60,602 nucleotides of DNA from Hyphomicrobiaceae bacterium (GCA_044868325.1 JBIOWI010000354.1:1-60602); one strand, 5' to 3'; positions 17,303-26,027 are shown, counted from the stretch's first letter. Made by a program: numbers and translations. The notes: generated by a model from the letters alone, not told the origin.

Positions 17303-17647
17303 TCAGTAGTGGCCGTAGCCGCGACGGTACCCATAGTGGCCGTAGCCGCGGCGGTACCCGTAGTGGCCGTAACCGCGGCGGTACCCGTAGCCATAGAAGG
17401 GCTTGTACCAGGGGTTGTAATAGCCGTAGCCGTAGCCGTAGCCGTAGGGCTTGTGGTGGCGGTAGTGACCGTAACCATAACCGTAGCCCCCGCCCCAAGT
17501 CGCCTTCGTAACCAGGCTGGGGCCTTCCACTGCCTTCGCGTCAACCGCGCCGCCAAGCCCGGCGACGGGAGCCGCCTGGGCAGTGGTGGCAACGAGGCTG
17601 AGCGCCAACATGCCGAAAGCGGCGGAAAGAACGTGCTTCATCGTCAT
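17303..17647 (-). CDS. Secreted Gly/Tyr-rich repeat protein
   Basis: Signal peptide MTMKHVLSAAFGMLALSLVATTAQA. The mature C-half is almost only G, Y, R, H, P and K (GYGYGYGHYRHHKPYGYGYGYGYY...(GYRRGYGHY)x3). GAGGAG RBS is present. Confidence 0.7.
   Translation of the reverse strand: MTMKHVLSAAFGMLALSLVATTAQAAPVAGLGGAVDAKAVEGPSLVTKATWGGGYGYGYGHYRHHKPYGYGYGYGYYNPWYKPFYGYGYRRGYGHYGYRRGYGHYGYRRGYGHY
17307..17387. repeat. 27-bp tandem repeat x3 inside the Gly/Tyr-rich gene
   Basis: The unit TAGTGGCCGTAGCCGCGRCGGTACCCR occurs at 17307-17333, 17334-17360 and 17361-17387 and encodes YGYRRGYGH units. Confidence 0.9.
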
Positions 17648-17802
17648 CTGACATCTCCTCTCTCTGAGGTTGCTCCCCGGCGTCGCTCGGTGGGAGCTGC
17701 GAGGGTTACGGCCCCTCGCAGATGCCAGATTTCGTAGGCCCCATCACAACTTGATCACTGTTTTTTGCCGACGGATCACGCCGCGGTCATCGTTGCAGCG
17801 CT

Positions 17803-17842
17803 GGTGTCAGACATCGGAGGGTCTGACGCCATTACACAACGG
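17803..17842. repeat. Family A hairpin plus tail
   Basis: GGTGTCAGACatcggagGGTCTGACGCC followed by ATTACACAACGG. Confidence 0.8.
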
Positions 17843-17899
17843 AAAGTTTGAGCCACGCTACCAGACTCGGAGCCCGGAACTTGACCCGGGCCGACACCT

Positions 17900-18874
17900 T
17901 CAGACCTGCTGGATGGCCGACAGCTGCCAGCCTTCCGCGGCTCGGTTGTGGTCGCGCCGGAAGGTCCAGACCTCCGTCACCTCCTCCGGCTCGTTGCCGG
18001 AGACGGTGCGGCCGGTGGCCCGCTCCACGAGCGCGTCACGCAGCGAGAAGCGCATGGCCACGGTGGCATAGTCGCTGCCGGCCTCCTGCCACGTCTCGGC
18101 CAGGTCGCCCTGCAGGAGCTTCACATCGGTCACCTCGTTGCGCACGCCCTTGCGGGCGTAGTCGGCAAGGTCGCGGCTGAAGTAGGACAGCATTTCCGGG
18201 GTGGTGAGTTCGCCGAGTGCGTCCACATCCTCGCGGCTGTAGGCGGCCTGGATCTCGCCGAGCAGGCGCTCGAAGGCGTCGTAGTCCGCCGAGCCGATCG
18301 ACAGCGGAACCGTAGCGCCGCCCACGGCGCCGTTCAGCGTGTAGCGCTGCGCCGATGTTGCGCCCGCACCGGCTCCGGCGTGCGCCATCGCCGGCTGCCG
18401 GCGGCTGCGGATGAAGCCCATGACCAGATACGCAATACCCGCGATTAGCGCGACCTGCAGGAGCAGACCGAGGAACGAGGCAAATCCGGTAAGCCCGCCG
18501 AACAGCCCGGCGCCCGACAACAGTCCGAACAATCCCGCGCCCAGCAGTCCGCCCAGGAGGAGCCCGCCGAAGCCGCTGCCGAAGCGCGACGCTGCCGGCG
18601 CGCTCGCCGTCGTCGGGCTAGCGGCACCGGCGGCGGGCTGAGTGGCACCGGGTTGCGTCATGGACCGCTCCATGGGCTTAGCCGGCGCAGGTGCCGTCTG
18701 CGTGGTGGGCGGCGTAGTGTAGGTCCTGGTACCGCGGCTGCCGAAGCTGCCGCCGCGCCCCACCCGGGCATCGGCCGCGTCGATCATGAATGCCAGGATG
18801 GCCGCCAAAGCCAACGCGAGCGCCCCGATGCGCCCGAAGGTTGCAGGCCCCGCACGTTTCACTGTCCCAGACAT
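17900..18874 (-). CDS. Tim44-like domain membrane protein
   Basis: Gly-rich TM region, then a C-terminal Tim44-type domain (TPEMLSYFSRDLADYARKG...VWTFRRD...WQLSAIQQV). The start at 18874 has a GAGGAC RBS; 18940 is an alternative. Confidence 0.8.
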   Translation of the reverse strand: MSGTVKRAGPATFGRIGALALALAAILAFMIDAADARVGRGGSFGSRGTRTYTTPPTTQTAPAPAKPMERSMTQPGATQPAAGAASPTTASAPAASRFGSGFGGLLLGGLLGAGLFGLLSGAGLFGGLTGFASFLGLLLQVALIAGIAYLVMGFIRSRRQPAMAHAGAGAGATSAQRYTLNGAVGGATVPLSIGSADYDAFERLLGEIQAAYSREDVDALGELTTPEMLSYFSRDLADYARKGVRNEVTDVKLLQGDLAETWQEAGSDYATVAMRFSLRDALVERATGRTVSGNEPEEVTEVWTFRRDHNRAAEGWQLSAIQQV

Positions 18875-19139
18875 ATCCGTCCTCGCCTTCAACCCGAGTG
18901 CTCCGCCGCTGGCAGGGCGGCGTATTTTGCTTTCCTGCATATGGGGTTTGCGGCGGTGGTTGTCACCTGCCGCCGGCGCAGCATCGGCCCACGGCGCGCT
19001 GCCATATTTCCGGCGGGAAGGTTTGTGTTATCGGCCGTTGCCGTCCTGAAGCGCCGGCGACACTATTCCGCTTTGCTGTCGCCGCGCGTGCGGCATGCCC
19101 CGCGCGCTTCCGCTTCTCTGCCAGTGATACGGGGGTGGG

Positions 19140-19481
19140 ATGAACATCGCGAGCCACGGCTATGGCGAGATTGGTGGCTCGCTCCCAGCCATTGTCGAGA
19201 GAGCCCGGCAGGATAAGGAGTGGCACGACGCACTGGCCAGGCTCGGCTACCGCTGGGTGAAGGCGGCCTATGCCAGGCAGTTGAGGGAACTGCCGAAGGA
19301 CGAGATGTTCTACGGCATCCAGCACCTCAACCTGTGGCCGACGATGGAATACGTCCGCACTTGGCTGAAGTCGGAGAAGCGGCGCCTTCTGGCCAAGGTG
19401 CGCGGGACGTTCGTGGCCGCCATGCTGGCCACCATCGCCGGCGTCCTCGCATTCACAGCGGCGCTTTCGGTGTTGCGGTAG
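19140..19481 (+). CDS. hypothetical tail-anchored membrane protein
   Basis: 113 aa with natural composition and a C-terminal TM helix, FVAAMLATIAGVLAFTAALSVL. A G-rich RBS is present. Confidence 0.5.
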   Translation: MNIASHGYGEIGGSLPAIVERARQDKEWHDALARLGYRWVKAAYARQLRELPKDEMFYGIQHLNLWPTMEYVRTWLKSEKRRLLAKVRGTFVAAMLATIAGVLAFTAALSVLR

Positions 19482-19488
19482 AGGAAGC

Positions 19489-19588
19489 GTAGGGTGCAAT
19501 GCTGCGGGAGCGGCATTGCACCGATTCGCTGCCGGTCGGTTCCGCAAGGCGAGGTGACATCGGTGCAATACGCGCTATTGCACCCTAC
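19489..19588. repeat. Family D double-hairpin element with GTAGGGTGCAAT / ATTGCACCCTAC termini
   Basis: Hairpins GGTGCAATGC...GCATTGCACC and GGTGCAATA-cgcgc-TATTGCACC sit in inverted orientation around a ~40-bp core, between convergent genes. Confidence 0.8.
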
Positions 19589-19672
19589 GGCTCTCGCCTT
19601 TACGCCGTGTCACGCGCTGTTGGCGATTGCTGCAGCGGCGCCTTCCCCCAGGGCCTCGAAGCTGCCTGCCTG

Positions 19673-20683
19673 TCAACCCGCCCGGCGGCGCTGCATCTCG
19701 GCCAGGACCTCGCACCCGCGCTCGGTCAGGACATAGGGAGAGCGCATCTCGTCGCCGTCCTTCCGCACCAGGGCCTTGCGCTTGAGATACTGGAACAGGG
19801 CATTGATGGAGGGCTGCGCGACGCCGAGCGCGTCGCGGACGTCCGTGATCTGCGCATGCCCACGCTCGGCCAGCAGGCCCAGCACGGCGCACACCCGGTC
19901 CGAGCGCACCGGAAGAGTCGGCGGGGCGGCATGCCCGGCAGAGCGTCTGCATTGCGGGTGCGCCGATCCTGCCGCCGTCAGGCGATAGACCTCCTGCCCC
20001 GCGGCATTCTCCGCCAACGCGATCAGTCCAAGCTCCAGCAGGCGCTCGAGCGCGCGGGCGACGGCGCTCTCGCTGCCCTTGACGGCCAGCCTGATCTTGC
20101 CTGCCGTGGTCGCGTAGCCCTCGGGAACCGCCCGGAAGATGCGCTGCTCCTGGCCCGACAGCAGCGGCGTTGGGTCGTCCGCACGGGCGACGACGCGAGC
20201 TCTGTGCTGCGGATCGCCGAACCGGATTCGACCCGCTGCGCGCAGGTCCACGATCAGCTGGTCGGCCCGTTGCTTCGTCACCCCAAGCCGGGCGGCCAGC
20301 TCGCTTCCGCTCATCGGCCGGTCGAGAGCGCGCAGGGCTCGCCGTGCAGCGCGACCCAGCTTGCCGCCGCCGCCCAGCGTCTTGTCGGCGACGGTCTTGA
20401 AGCGGCAGGTCTTGCCGCGCCGCGTGAGTTGCCAGCGATTGCCGGCGGTCTGCTCGGCCAGGCGCAGGCTGGCCAGGGACAGGAGGGCCGAGCGCGCCTT
20501 GTATCGGGTCAGCCTCGCAGCAATGGCGATCTGGCTGTGGGAGGCCGCGCCCTCCTTCCGGAGAGCCTCGATGCAGGCGGCCTGCGACGCATTGAGCGCC
20601 GGGGCGGACGACCGGGTGGCCGACCGTCTGGATGGGCCCGGCCGCTTCTCCGTCTCGTATCCCTGCAGTGCACCGTGCTCCAT
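19673..20683 (-). CDS. Protein made of four tandem winged-helix (MarR/ArsR-like) modules
   Basis: Four ~65-80-aa segments each read as helix-turn-helix plus wing (for example SGSELAARLGVTKQRADQLIVDLRAAGRI and AQITDVRDALGVAQPSINALFQYLKRKALV). No other domain is visible. Confidence 0.6.
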   Translation of the reverse strand: MEHGALQGYETEKRPGPSRRSATRSSAPALNASQAACIEALRKEGAASHSQIAIAARLTRYKARSALLSLASLRLAEQTAGNRWQLTRRGKTCRFKTVADKTLGGGGKLGRAARRALRALDRPMSGSELAARLGVTKQRADQLIVDLRAAGRIRFGDPQHRARVVARADDPTPLLSGQEQRIFRAVPEGYATTAGKIRLAVKGSESAVARALERLLELGLIALAENAAGQEVYRLTAAGSAHPQCRRSAGHAAPPTLPVRSDRVCAVLGLLAERGHAQITDVRDALGVAQPSINALFQYLKRKALVRKDGDEMRSPYVLTERGCEVLAEMQRRRAG

Positions 20684-20937
20684 TCGCAGCGCCCCTCGCC
20701 TATGACCGCCGAGGCAAAAGGCCCCATTCGGCCCTGGCTCTCCGGCAGATCTTCCGGCGGGAGAGGCTCAACGGATTCGCCCGTCCCGTCGATTGGCCTC
20801 GCGATTTTTTTTCCCCGGCGTGTCGTCGCGCCCGCAAGCCGCACGGCGGCCATACGCTCTCCGTTCTCGCGCCGCGGGCGGGGGCGCGCTAAACCGGGTG
20901 CCGCCTGCCCTTCGCCTCATCAGCCCGATCCCGCTCC

Positions 20938-21810
20938 ATGCCCCAGCCCCAGGCCGCCCCTTCGCTCGCCCGCACGGTGCTCGTCGCCGTCGCCGCCGAG
21001 GGCCTGCTCACGCTTATGGACGCGCTGATCAAGCTCCTGTCGGTGCGCTATCCCACCCTGCAGATCGCGTTCATGCGCTACGCTTTCGGCCTCGTCGGTG
21101 CGGCCGTCTACGCGGCCTGGAGCCCGCCCGGCTGGCCCACGCGCGAGGCGATGCTCTTCAACGGCGTGCGGGCCGCGATCATCGTGGTCACGGCCACCAC
21201 CTTCTTCTTCGCGCTGGCGCGCCTGCCGCTGGCCGATGCCATCGCGCTCAGCTTCATCTCGCCTGTGCTGACCGCACTTTTCGGCGTTTTCCTGCTCGGC
21301 GAGAGGCTCGACTGGCGCATCGGCGTGGCGCTGGCTGCGGGCTTCGCCGGCATGCTGCTGATCGTCGGCGGCAAGATGGGCGGCGCGGGCCTCGAGCGTG
21401 AGGCCGCCATCGGCGCCGCCGCCGTGGTCGTCTCCGCGGTCGGCTACGCGCTCAACATCGTGGTGCTGCGCCACCGCGCCACGCGCGATCCGCTCTCCCA
21501 GATCGTGCTGTTCCAGAACCTCGGCCCGCTGCTGCTGCTCGCGCTGCCGGTCCTGTGGGTATGGACGCCGCCGACGCTGGGCGACACCGCGCTGTTTGCA
21601 CTCCTGGGAACCCTCGGGGTCGCGGCACACACTATGCTGGCGCACGCCTTTGCACGCATCGAGGCGGCCCGCCTCGCTCCCGTCGGCTACGTAACGCTGG
21701 TCTGGGGCGTGCTGTTCGGCCTGCTCCTCTTCGCCGAGGTGCCGGGGCTCGCCACGCTCGCCGGCGCGGCCCTCATCGTGCTCGGCACCGCCATGACCCA
21801 GCGGCGATAG
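20938..21810 (+). CDS. DMT-superfamily (EamA-like) transporter
   Basis: 290 aa, about 10 TM segments, duplicated EamA-type halves. Confidence 0.85.
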   Translation: MPQPQAAPSLARTVLVAVAAEGLLTLMDALIKLLSVRYPTLQIAFMRYAFGLVGAAVYAAWSPPGWPTREAMLFNGVRAAIIVVTATTFFFALARLPLADAIALSFISPVLTALFGVFLLGERLDWRIGVALAAGFAGMLLIVGGKMGGAGLEREAAIGAAAVVVSAVGYALNIVVLRHRATRDPLSQIVLFQNLGPLLLLALPVLWVWTPPTLGDTALFALLGTLGVAAHTMLAHAFARIEAARLAPVGYVTLVWGVLFGLLLFAEVPGLATLAGAALIVLGTAMTQRR

Positions 21811-21926
21811 CACGCGCGTACAATGAAAAAGCTGCCGCACTGCGGCAGCAACAAAACACCCTCCAGAGGCAGCTACGGAACCTGCCTCGGCAAACCTTCA
21901 TGGAGAACGTTGTATTTGCGCCAGGC

Positions 21927-22115
21927 CTAGTGCCGCAGTTGGCCGTTCCCGCGCTCCAACCTCGCCATCTCGTCCTTGAGCCTGAGCTTCTCCCGCTTCC
22001 ACTGGCAGATCTGGGTTTCGTCAGCGCTGGGGCGCGTCATTTCCTCCCTTATCTTCATCTCCAACAGCCGGTGCTTTTCGGACAGCTCCGCGAGATGGGC
22101 GGCAAGCGTCATCGT
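21927..22115 (-). CDS. DUF465 (YdcH-like) small coiled-coil protein
   Basis: MTLAAHLAELSEKHRLLEMKIREEM...LKDEMARLE is the typical DUF465 pattern. Confidence 0.7.
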   Translation of the reverse strand, partial: TMTLAAHLAELSEKHRLLEMKIREEMTRPSADETQICQWKREKLRLKDEMARLERGNGQLRH

Positions 22116-22322
22116 AACCCTCCGAGCATGGTTGAAGGGACTTGCACTGTGACACAGAAGTATCACCTTGTCTAATGGGCCATCCGGAATGGGACGGAAT
22201 TGGGACGGGGGCGTCTGGAGGATGTTGGTTGCCGGGTTGAGCCTTGCCTAAGCGCTAGTTTTATGGATATTCCGCCGCTGAACCTGTGCGAGCGGCGTCC
22301 CGCAGGACCTCCGGCCAAGGCC

Positions 22323-22529
22323 ATGCAGCGACCAGACGAGCGCGAGCTCCGCGAGCAGTTGGCGCGGCTCCGGGCCGAGCATCGGGAGCTTGACGGCCAG
22401 ATCATGGCCGAGGCCGCCTCGCCGTTCTGCGACCAGCTGCAGATCAAGCGCCTGAAGAGGCGCAAGCTGGCCCTCAAGGACAGGATCGCCGCCATCGAGG
22501 ACCAGCTCCTGCCCGACATCATCGCCTGA
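22323..22529 (+). CDS. DUF465 (YdcH-like) small coiled-coil protein
   Basis: LRAEHRELDGQI...QIKRLKRRKLALKDRIAAIE. An alternative upstream ATG lies at 22263. Confidence 0.7.
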   Translation: MQRPDERELREQLARLRAEHRELDGQIMAEAASPFCDQLQIKRLKRRKLALKDRIAAIEDQLLPDIIA

Positions 22530-22633
22530 CGGCAATTCGGGCGTCGGCAGTCGGCAGTCGGCAGTCGCAAAAGGAAGCTGGGCGGTGGGAAGGAATATCC
22601 CGATTGCCGACGCCCGACACCCGACTGCCGAAG
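22530..22633. repeat. Imperfect palindrome built from GTCGGCAGTCG units (family B, flavour 2)
   Basis: The left arm GGGCGTCGGCAGTCGGCAGTCGGCAGTCGCAAA pairs with the right arm CCGATTGCCGACGCCCGACACCCGACTGCCGAAG. It begins right after the DUF465 stop. A related copy lies at 37397-37467. Confidence 0.85.
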
Positions 22634-22703
22634 CTTGTGGCTTGCCAGCCGGCTCTCGTGCCGCTAAGTGGCGAGCTTCATTGTGACTCGAAGCCTGGGG
22701 CCG

Positions 22704-23198
22704 ATGGCTCAGCATCCCAAAGTCGGCATCATCATGGGCAGCCGGTCCGACTGGCCCACCATGAAGCGCGCCGCCGACGTGCTGGCGGAGCTGGGCGTGG
22801 AGCACGAGACCAGGGTGGTCTCGGCCCACCGCACGCCCGAGCGGCTCTACGAGTATGCCAGGACAGCCAAGGCCCGCGGCCTCAAGGTGATCATCGCCGG
22901 CGCCGGCGGCGCGGCGCACTTGCCGGGCATGGCCGCCTCCATGACCATCCTGCCAGTGCTGGGTGTGCCGATGGCCACCGAGGCCCTGTCGGGCCAGGAC
23001 AGCCTCTTCTCCATCGTGCAGATGCCGGCCGGCGTGCCCGTCGGCACGCTCGCCATCGGCGGGGCCGGCGCTGCCAATGCCGGACTGCTGGCGGCGCAGA
23101 TCCTGGCGCTCGGCGACGACGATCTCGCCCGCCGGCTGGAGGCGCTGCGCGCGCAGCAGACGGCCGCCGTGCCCGAGACCCCGCACGACGATGCCTGA
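22704..23198 (+). CDS. purE: 5-(carboxyamino)imidazole ribonucleotide mutase
   Basis: [20 protein letters not shown] and [10 protein letters not shown] motifs. Confidence 0.95.
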   Translation: MAQHPKVGIIMGSRSDWPTMKRAADVLAELGVEHETRVVSAHRTPERLYEYARTAKARGLKVIIAGAGGAAHLPGMAASMTILPVLGVPMATEALSGQDSLFSIVQMPAGVPVGTLAIGGAGAANAGLLAAQILALGDDDLARRLEALRAQQTAAVPETPHDDA

Positions 23199-24294
23199 GA
23201 CGGACGCGAGTCTGCCGCTGCCACCCGGCTCCACCATCGGCATCCTGGGCTGCGGTCAGCTCGGGCGCATGCTGGCGCTGGCGGCGGCGCGGCTGGGGCT
23301 CAAGACCCACGTTTACTGCGACACCACGGGCCCGGCTTTCGATGTCGCCACCGCCACCACGCAGGCGGCCTTCGACGATGCAGAGGCGCTCGGCCGCTTC
23401 GCACGCTCTGTCGACGTGGTGACCTACGAGTTCGAGAACGTGCGGGTGGAGACCGCGCATATCCTGGCGGCCAGCGTGCCCGTGCGGCCGTCCCCCCTGG
23501 CCCTGGAGGTGGCGCAGGATCGGCTGGTCGAGAAGGAGTTCATGGCCCGCCTCGGCATTCCCCTCGCCCCGTTCGTGGCGGTCGATGCCGCGGAGGCCCT
23601 GCCGGCGGCGCTGGCCCAGATCGGAAGCCCGGCGATCCTGAAGACGCGCCGGCTCGGCTACGACGGCAAGGGGCAGGCGAGCCTGGCACCGGGCGAGGAT
23701 GCTACCGCCGCGTGGGCCGCCGTCGGCGGCGCCCCTAGCGTGCTGGAGCGCCGGGTGGGGTTCCACTGCGAGCTATCGGCGCTGATCGTACGGGGGCTCG
23801 ACGGCATGACGGCCTGCTACGACTGCCCCGCGAATGTCCACGAGAACGGCATCCTGCGCCGCTCGGCGGTGCCGTCCGGGCTGCCGGAGTCCGATCTCGC
23901 GCAAGCGCGCACGATCGCGACCCGCATCGCCGAGGCGCTCGACTACATCGGAGTGCTGGCTGTGGAGATGTTCCACCTCGGTCCCGACGCGCCGGAGTCG
24001 GCCCGGCTGATGGTCAACGAGATCGCGCCCCGCGTGCACAACAGCGGCCACTGGACCATCGAGGCGTGCGCCGTGAGCCAGTTCGAGAGCCACATCCGTG
24101 CCGTGGCCGGCTGGCCGCTGGGCACCACCCTGCGCCACAGCGACGCCGAGATGGTGAACCTCATCGGCGACGAGGCGGAGGGCTGGCTCAAGCTGGCCGC
24201 CGAGCCCGGCGTCTCTCTCCACCTCTACGGCAAGCACCACGCCCGCCCCGGCCGCAAGATGGGCCACGTCACGCGGCTTGGGGGTAGGCAATAG
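23191..24294 (+). CDS. purK: 5-(carboxyamino)imidazole ribonucleotide synthase
   Basis: ATP-grasp PurK sequence ([41 protein letters not shown]). It overlaps purE by 8 nt. Confidence 0.95.
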   Translation: MPETDASLPLPPGSTIGILGCGQLGRMLALAAARLGLKTHVYCDTTGPAFDVATATTQAAFDDAEALGRFARSVDVVTYEFENVRVETAHILAASVPVRPSPLALEVAQDRLVEKEFMARLGIPLAPFVAVDAAEALPAALAQIGSPAILKTRRLGYDGKGQASLAPGEDATAAWAAVGGAPSVLERRVGFHCELSALIVRGLDGMTACYDCPANVHENGILRRSAVPSGLPESDLAQARTIATRIAEALDYIGVLAVEMFHLGPDAPESARLMVNEIAPRVHNSGHWTIEACAVSQFESHIRAVAGWPLGTTLRHSDAEMVNLIGDEAEGWLKLAAEPGVSLHLYGKHHARPGRKMGHVTRLGGRQ

Positions 24295-24410
24295 GGCAGT
24301 AAGGCAGTAGGGCAATAAGGCAGTAGGGCAATACGCCCGGCTGACGCGCCCGCCCCCTACTGCCTTACTGCCTTACTGCCCTATTGCCTTAACTGCCTCA
24401 CTCACCGCGT
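24283..24410. repeat. Palindrome built from AAGGCAGTAGGGCAAT units (family B, flavour 3)
   Basis: The left arm GGTAGGCAATAGGGCAGTAAGGCAGTAGGGCAATAAGGCAGTAGGGCAATA pairs with the right arm CCCTACTGCCTTACTGCCTTACTGCCCTATTGCCTTA. It overlaps the last codons and stop of purK and reaches the stop of the convergent lipoprotein gene. Confidence 0.9.
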
Positions 24411-24704
24411 CCTGGTGTACCGCCCCGAGAGGCGGCAGCCGCTCATCACCAGCACGCGGCCCGTCAGGGAGAAGTCGCAGCGCTCCTGGGTGTCCGGCGG
24501 GTTTGCCTTCTTGTAGCGGAAGTCGGTGCGGCCGGCCGACCAGAAGCCGGTTTCCGAGCCATACTGATATTCCGTTGTCTTGAGCGTGAGGGATTTGTCG
24601 CCCTGCCAGGTCCCCACCAGCGGGTGATCCGGCGGGCTTGCGGGCGCGGCGCAGCCGGCAAGCAGAAGCGTGACTGCAAGGCATCGGTGCATGGCCTGCC
24701 CCAT
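24402..24704 (-). CDS. small lipoprotein (hypothetical)
   Basis: Lipobox LLLAGC after MGQAMHRCLAVT. The mature part is ~80 aa. Confidence 0.6.
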   Translation of the reverse strand: MGQAMHRCLAVTLLLAGCAAPASPPDHPLVGTWQGDKSLTLKTTEYQYGSETGFWSAGRTDFRYKKANPPDTQERCDFSLTGRVLVMSGCRLSGRYTRTR

Positions 24705-24852
24705 CTAGTTCGTGAAAAAGGCAAAAATGTTCCAAGCCGGGTCTTTGCACCGATTTCGCGGCACGGGATCGGGACCTGCCCTGCTGTGCGATTGCAGAGG
24801 TCAAGCTTCCCGTGCTCTGATCCCCTGCAGTCCCTGAAGGAGCAGGAACGCC

Positions 24853-25236
24853 ATGACCATCGTCACGCCGGGCACGGCGAACCACGCCGGCCTCTCCGCC
24901 CTTGCCTCGCGCTATGTCGACGTGGAGGGGTTGCCGTGGGCGGCGACCCGCTTTCCGGGCGTCGATATGAAGACTCTGATGGAGGACAAGGAGACCGGCC
25001 TGATGACGGCGCTGGTGCGGTTCGCGCCCGGCGCCGTGCTGCCCGACCACGAGCATGTCGAGCTGGAGCAGACCTGGGTGCTGGAAGGCGCGCTGGAGGA
25101 CGACGAGGGCGTCGTCACCGCCGGCAACTACGTCTGGCGCCCGGCCGGCAGCCGCCACAGCGCCCGCGCTCCGAACGGCTGCGTGACACTGTCGTTCTTC
25201 CTCAAGCCGAACCGGTTCTTCGACGCAGGGGCGTGA
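24853..25236 (+). CDS. Cupin-domain protein (ChrR-like cupin)
   Basis: PDHEHVELEQTWVLEGALEDDEG...AGSRHSA cupin motifs. AAGGAG RBS is present. Confidence 0.75.
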   Translation: MTIVTPGTANHAGLSALASRYVDVEGLPWAATRFPGVDMKTLMEDKETGLMTALVRFAPGAVLPDHEHVELEQTWVLEGALEDDEGVVTAGNYVWRPAGSRHSARAPNGCVTLSFFLKPNRFFDAGA

Positions 25237-25251
25237 TGGCCAGCGTCGCAA

Positions 25252-25941
25252 TCACCCCACCTTGCGGCCGAGGTGCTTGAACATGTGGCTGCGGGCCTCG
25301 TCGTCCATCTCGGCCTTGAAGGTGAACCTGTCCTTGAGGCCCTGGGCGCGCGCCGCGGCGGGGCGGGCGCCGATCTCGTCTACCAGCCGCTTGACGTTGG
25401 GGAGCTTGGCCCAGGCCTCCTCGCCGCCCAGCATGTAGGGCAGCATGCGGGCCCAGCCCCACGCAGCCATGTCGACGATGGTGTAGGTGTCGCCGACGAG
25501 GTAGCGCTGCGTGGCGAGGCGCCGATCGAGGATGCCGTAGTGCCGCTCGGCCTCGTACTGGTAGCGGTTGTGGGCGTAAGGCACCTTCTCCGGCGTGAAG
25601 TGGCGGAAGTGCACGGCCTGTCCCGAGAACGGCCCGACGCCGGTAGCCACGAACATCAGCCATGACAGTAGCTCGCCGCGCGCAGCCGACGTGCTGGCAG
25701 GCAGAAACCTGCCGGTCTTCTCGGCCAGGTAGAGCAGGATGGCGTTGCTGTCGAACACGGTCGCGCTGCCGTCGACGATGGCGGGCACCTTGCCGTTGGG
25801 ATTGATGGCCAGGTACTCGGGCGCGAACTGCTGGCCCTTGCGGGTATCGACGGGAATGGCCTCGTAGGGCAGGCTCGCCTCCTCCAGGAACAGCGCGACC
25901 TTGGTTGGGTTGGGCGAGCCGTTGAAGTAGAACTTGATCAT
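25252..25941 (-). CDS. Glutathione S-transferase (YfcG/Nu-class-like)
   Basis: MIKFYFNGSPNPTKVALFLEEASLPYEAIPVDTRKGQQFAPEYLAINPNGKVPAIVD closely follows the YfcG-type N-terminus. Confidence 0.9.
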   Translation of the reverse strand: MIKFYFNGSPNPTKVALFLEEASLPYEAIPVDTRKGQQFAPEYLAINPNGKVPAIVDGSATVFDSNAILLYLAEKTGRFLPASTSAARGELLSWLMFVATGVGPFSGQAVHFRHFTPEKVPYAHNRYQYEAERHYGILDRRLATQRYLVGDTYTIVDMAAWGWARMLPYMLGGEEAWAKLPNVKRLVDEIGARPAAARAQGLKDRFTFKAEMDDEARSHMFKHLGRKVG

Positions 25942-26027
25942 AGGCCGTCTCTGCTGTGTGGTTGGGCTGGCTCGACCATAGTCGAGGGCTCTGCGCTGCG
26001 CCAATAGGCGTCGCCGCTGGACGCGCT

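Noticed and set aside
19499-21028. 509-aa plus-strand ORF spanning the four-wHTH gene region.
   Set aside because: It has shadow-frame composition (R/G/A/P). The minus-strand frame has a natural composition and repeated wHTH modules.
24283-24410. Family B repeat clusters (also at 8614, 22530, 37397, 41689 and 56262) as CRISPR arrays.
   Set aside because: The units are 7-16 nt with no unique spacers of regular length, the two halves are reverse complements, and no cas genes are present.
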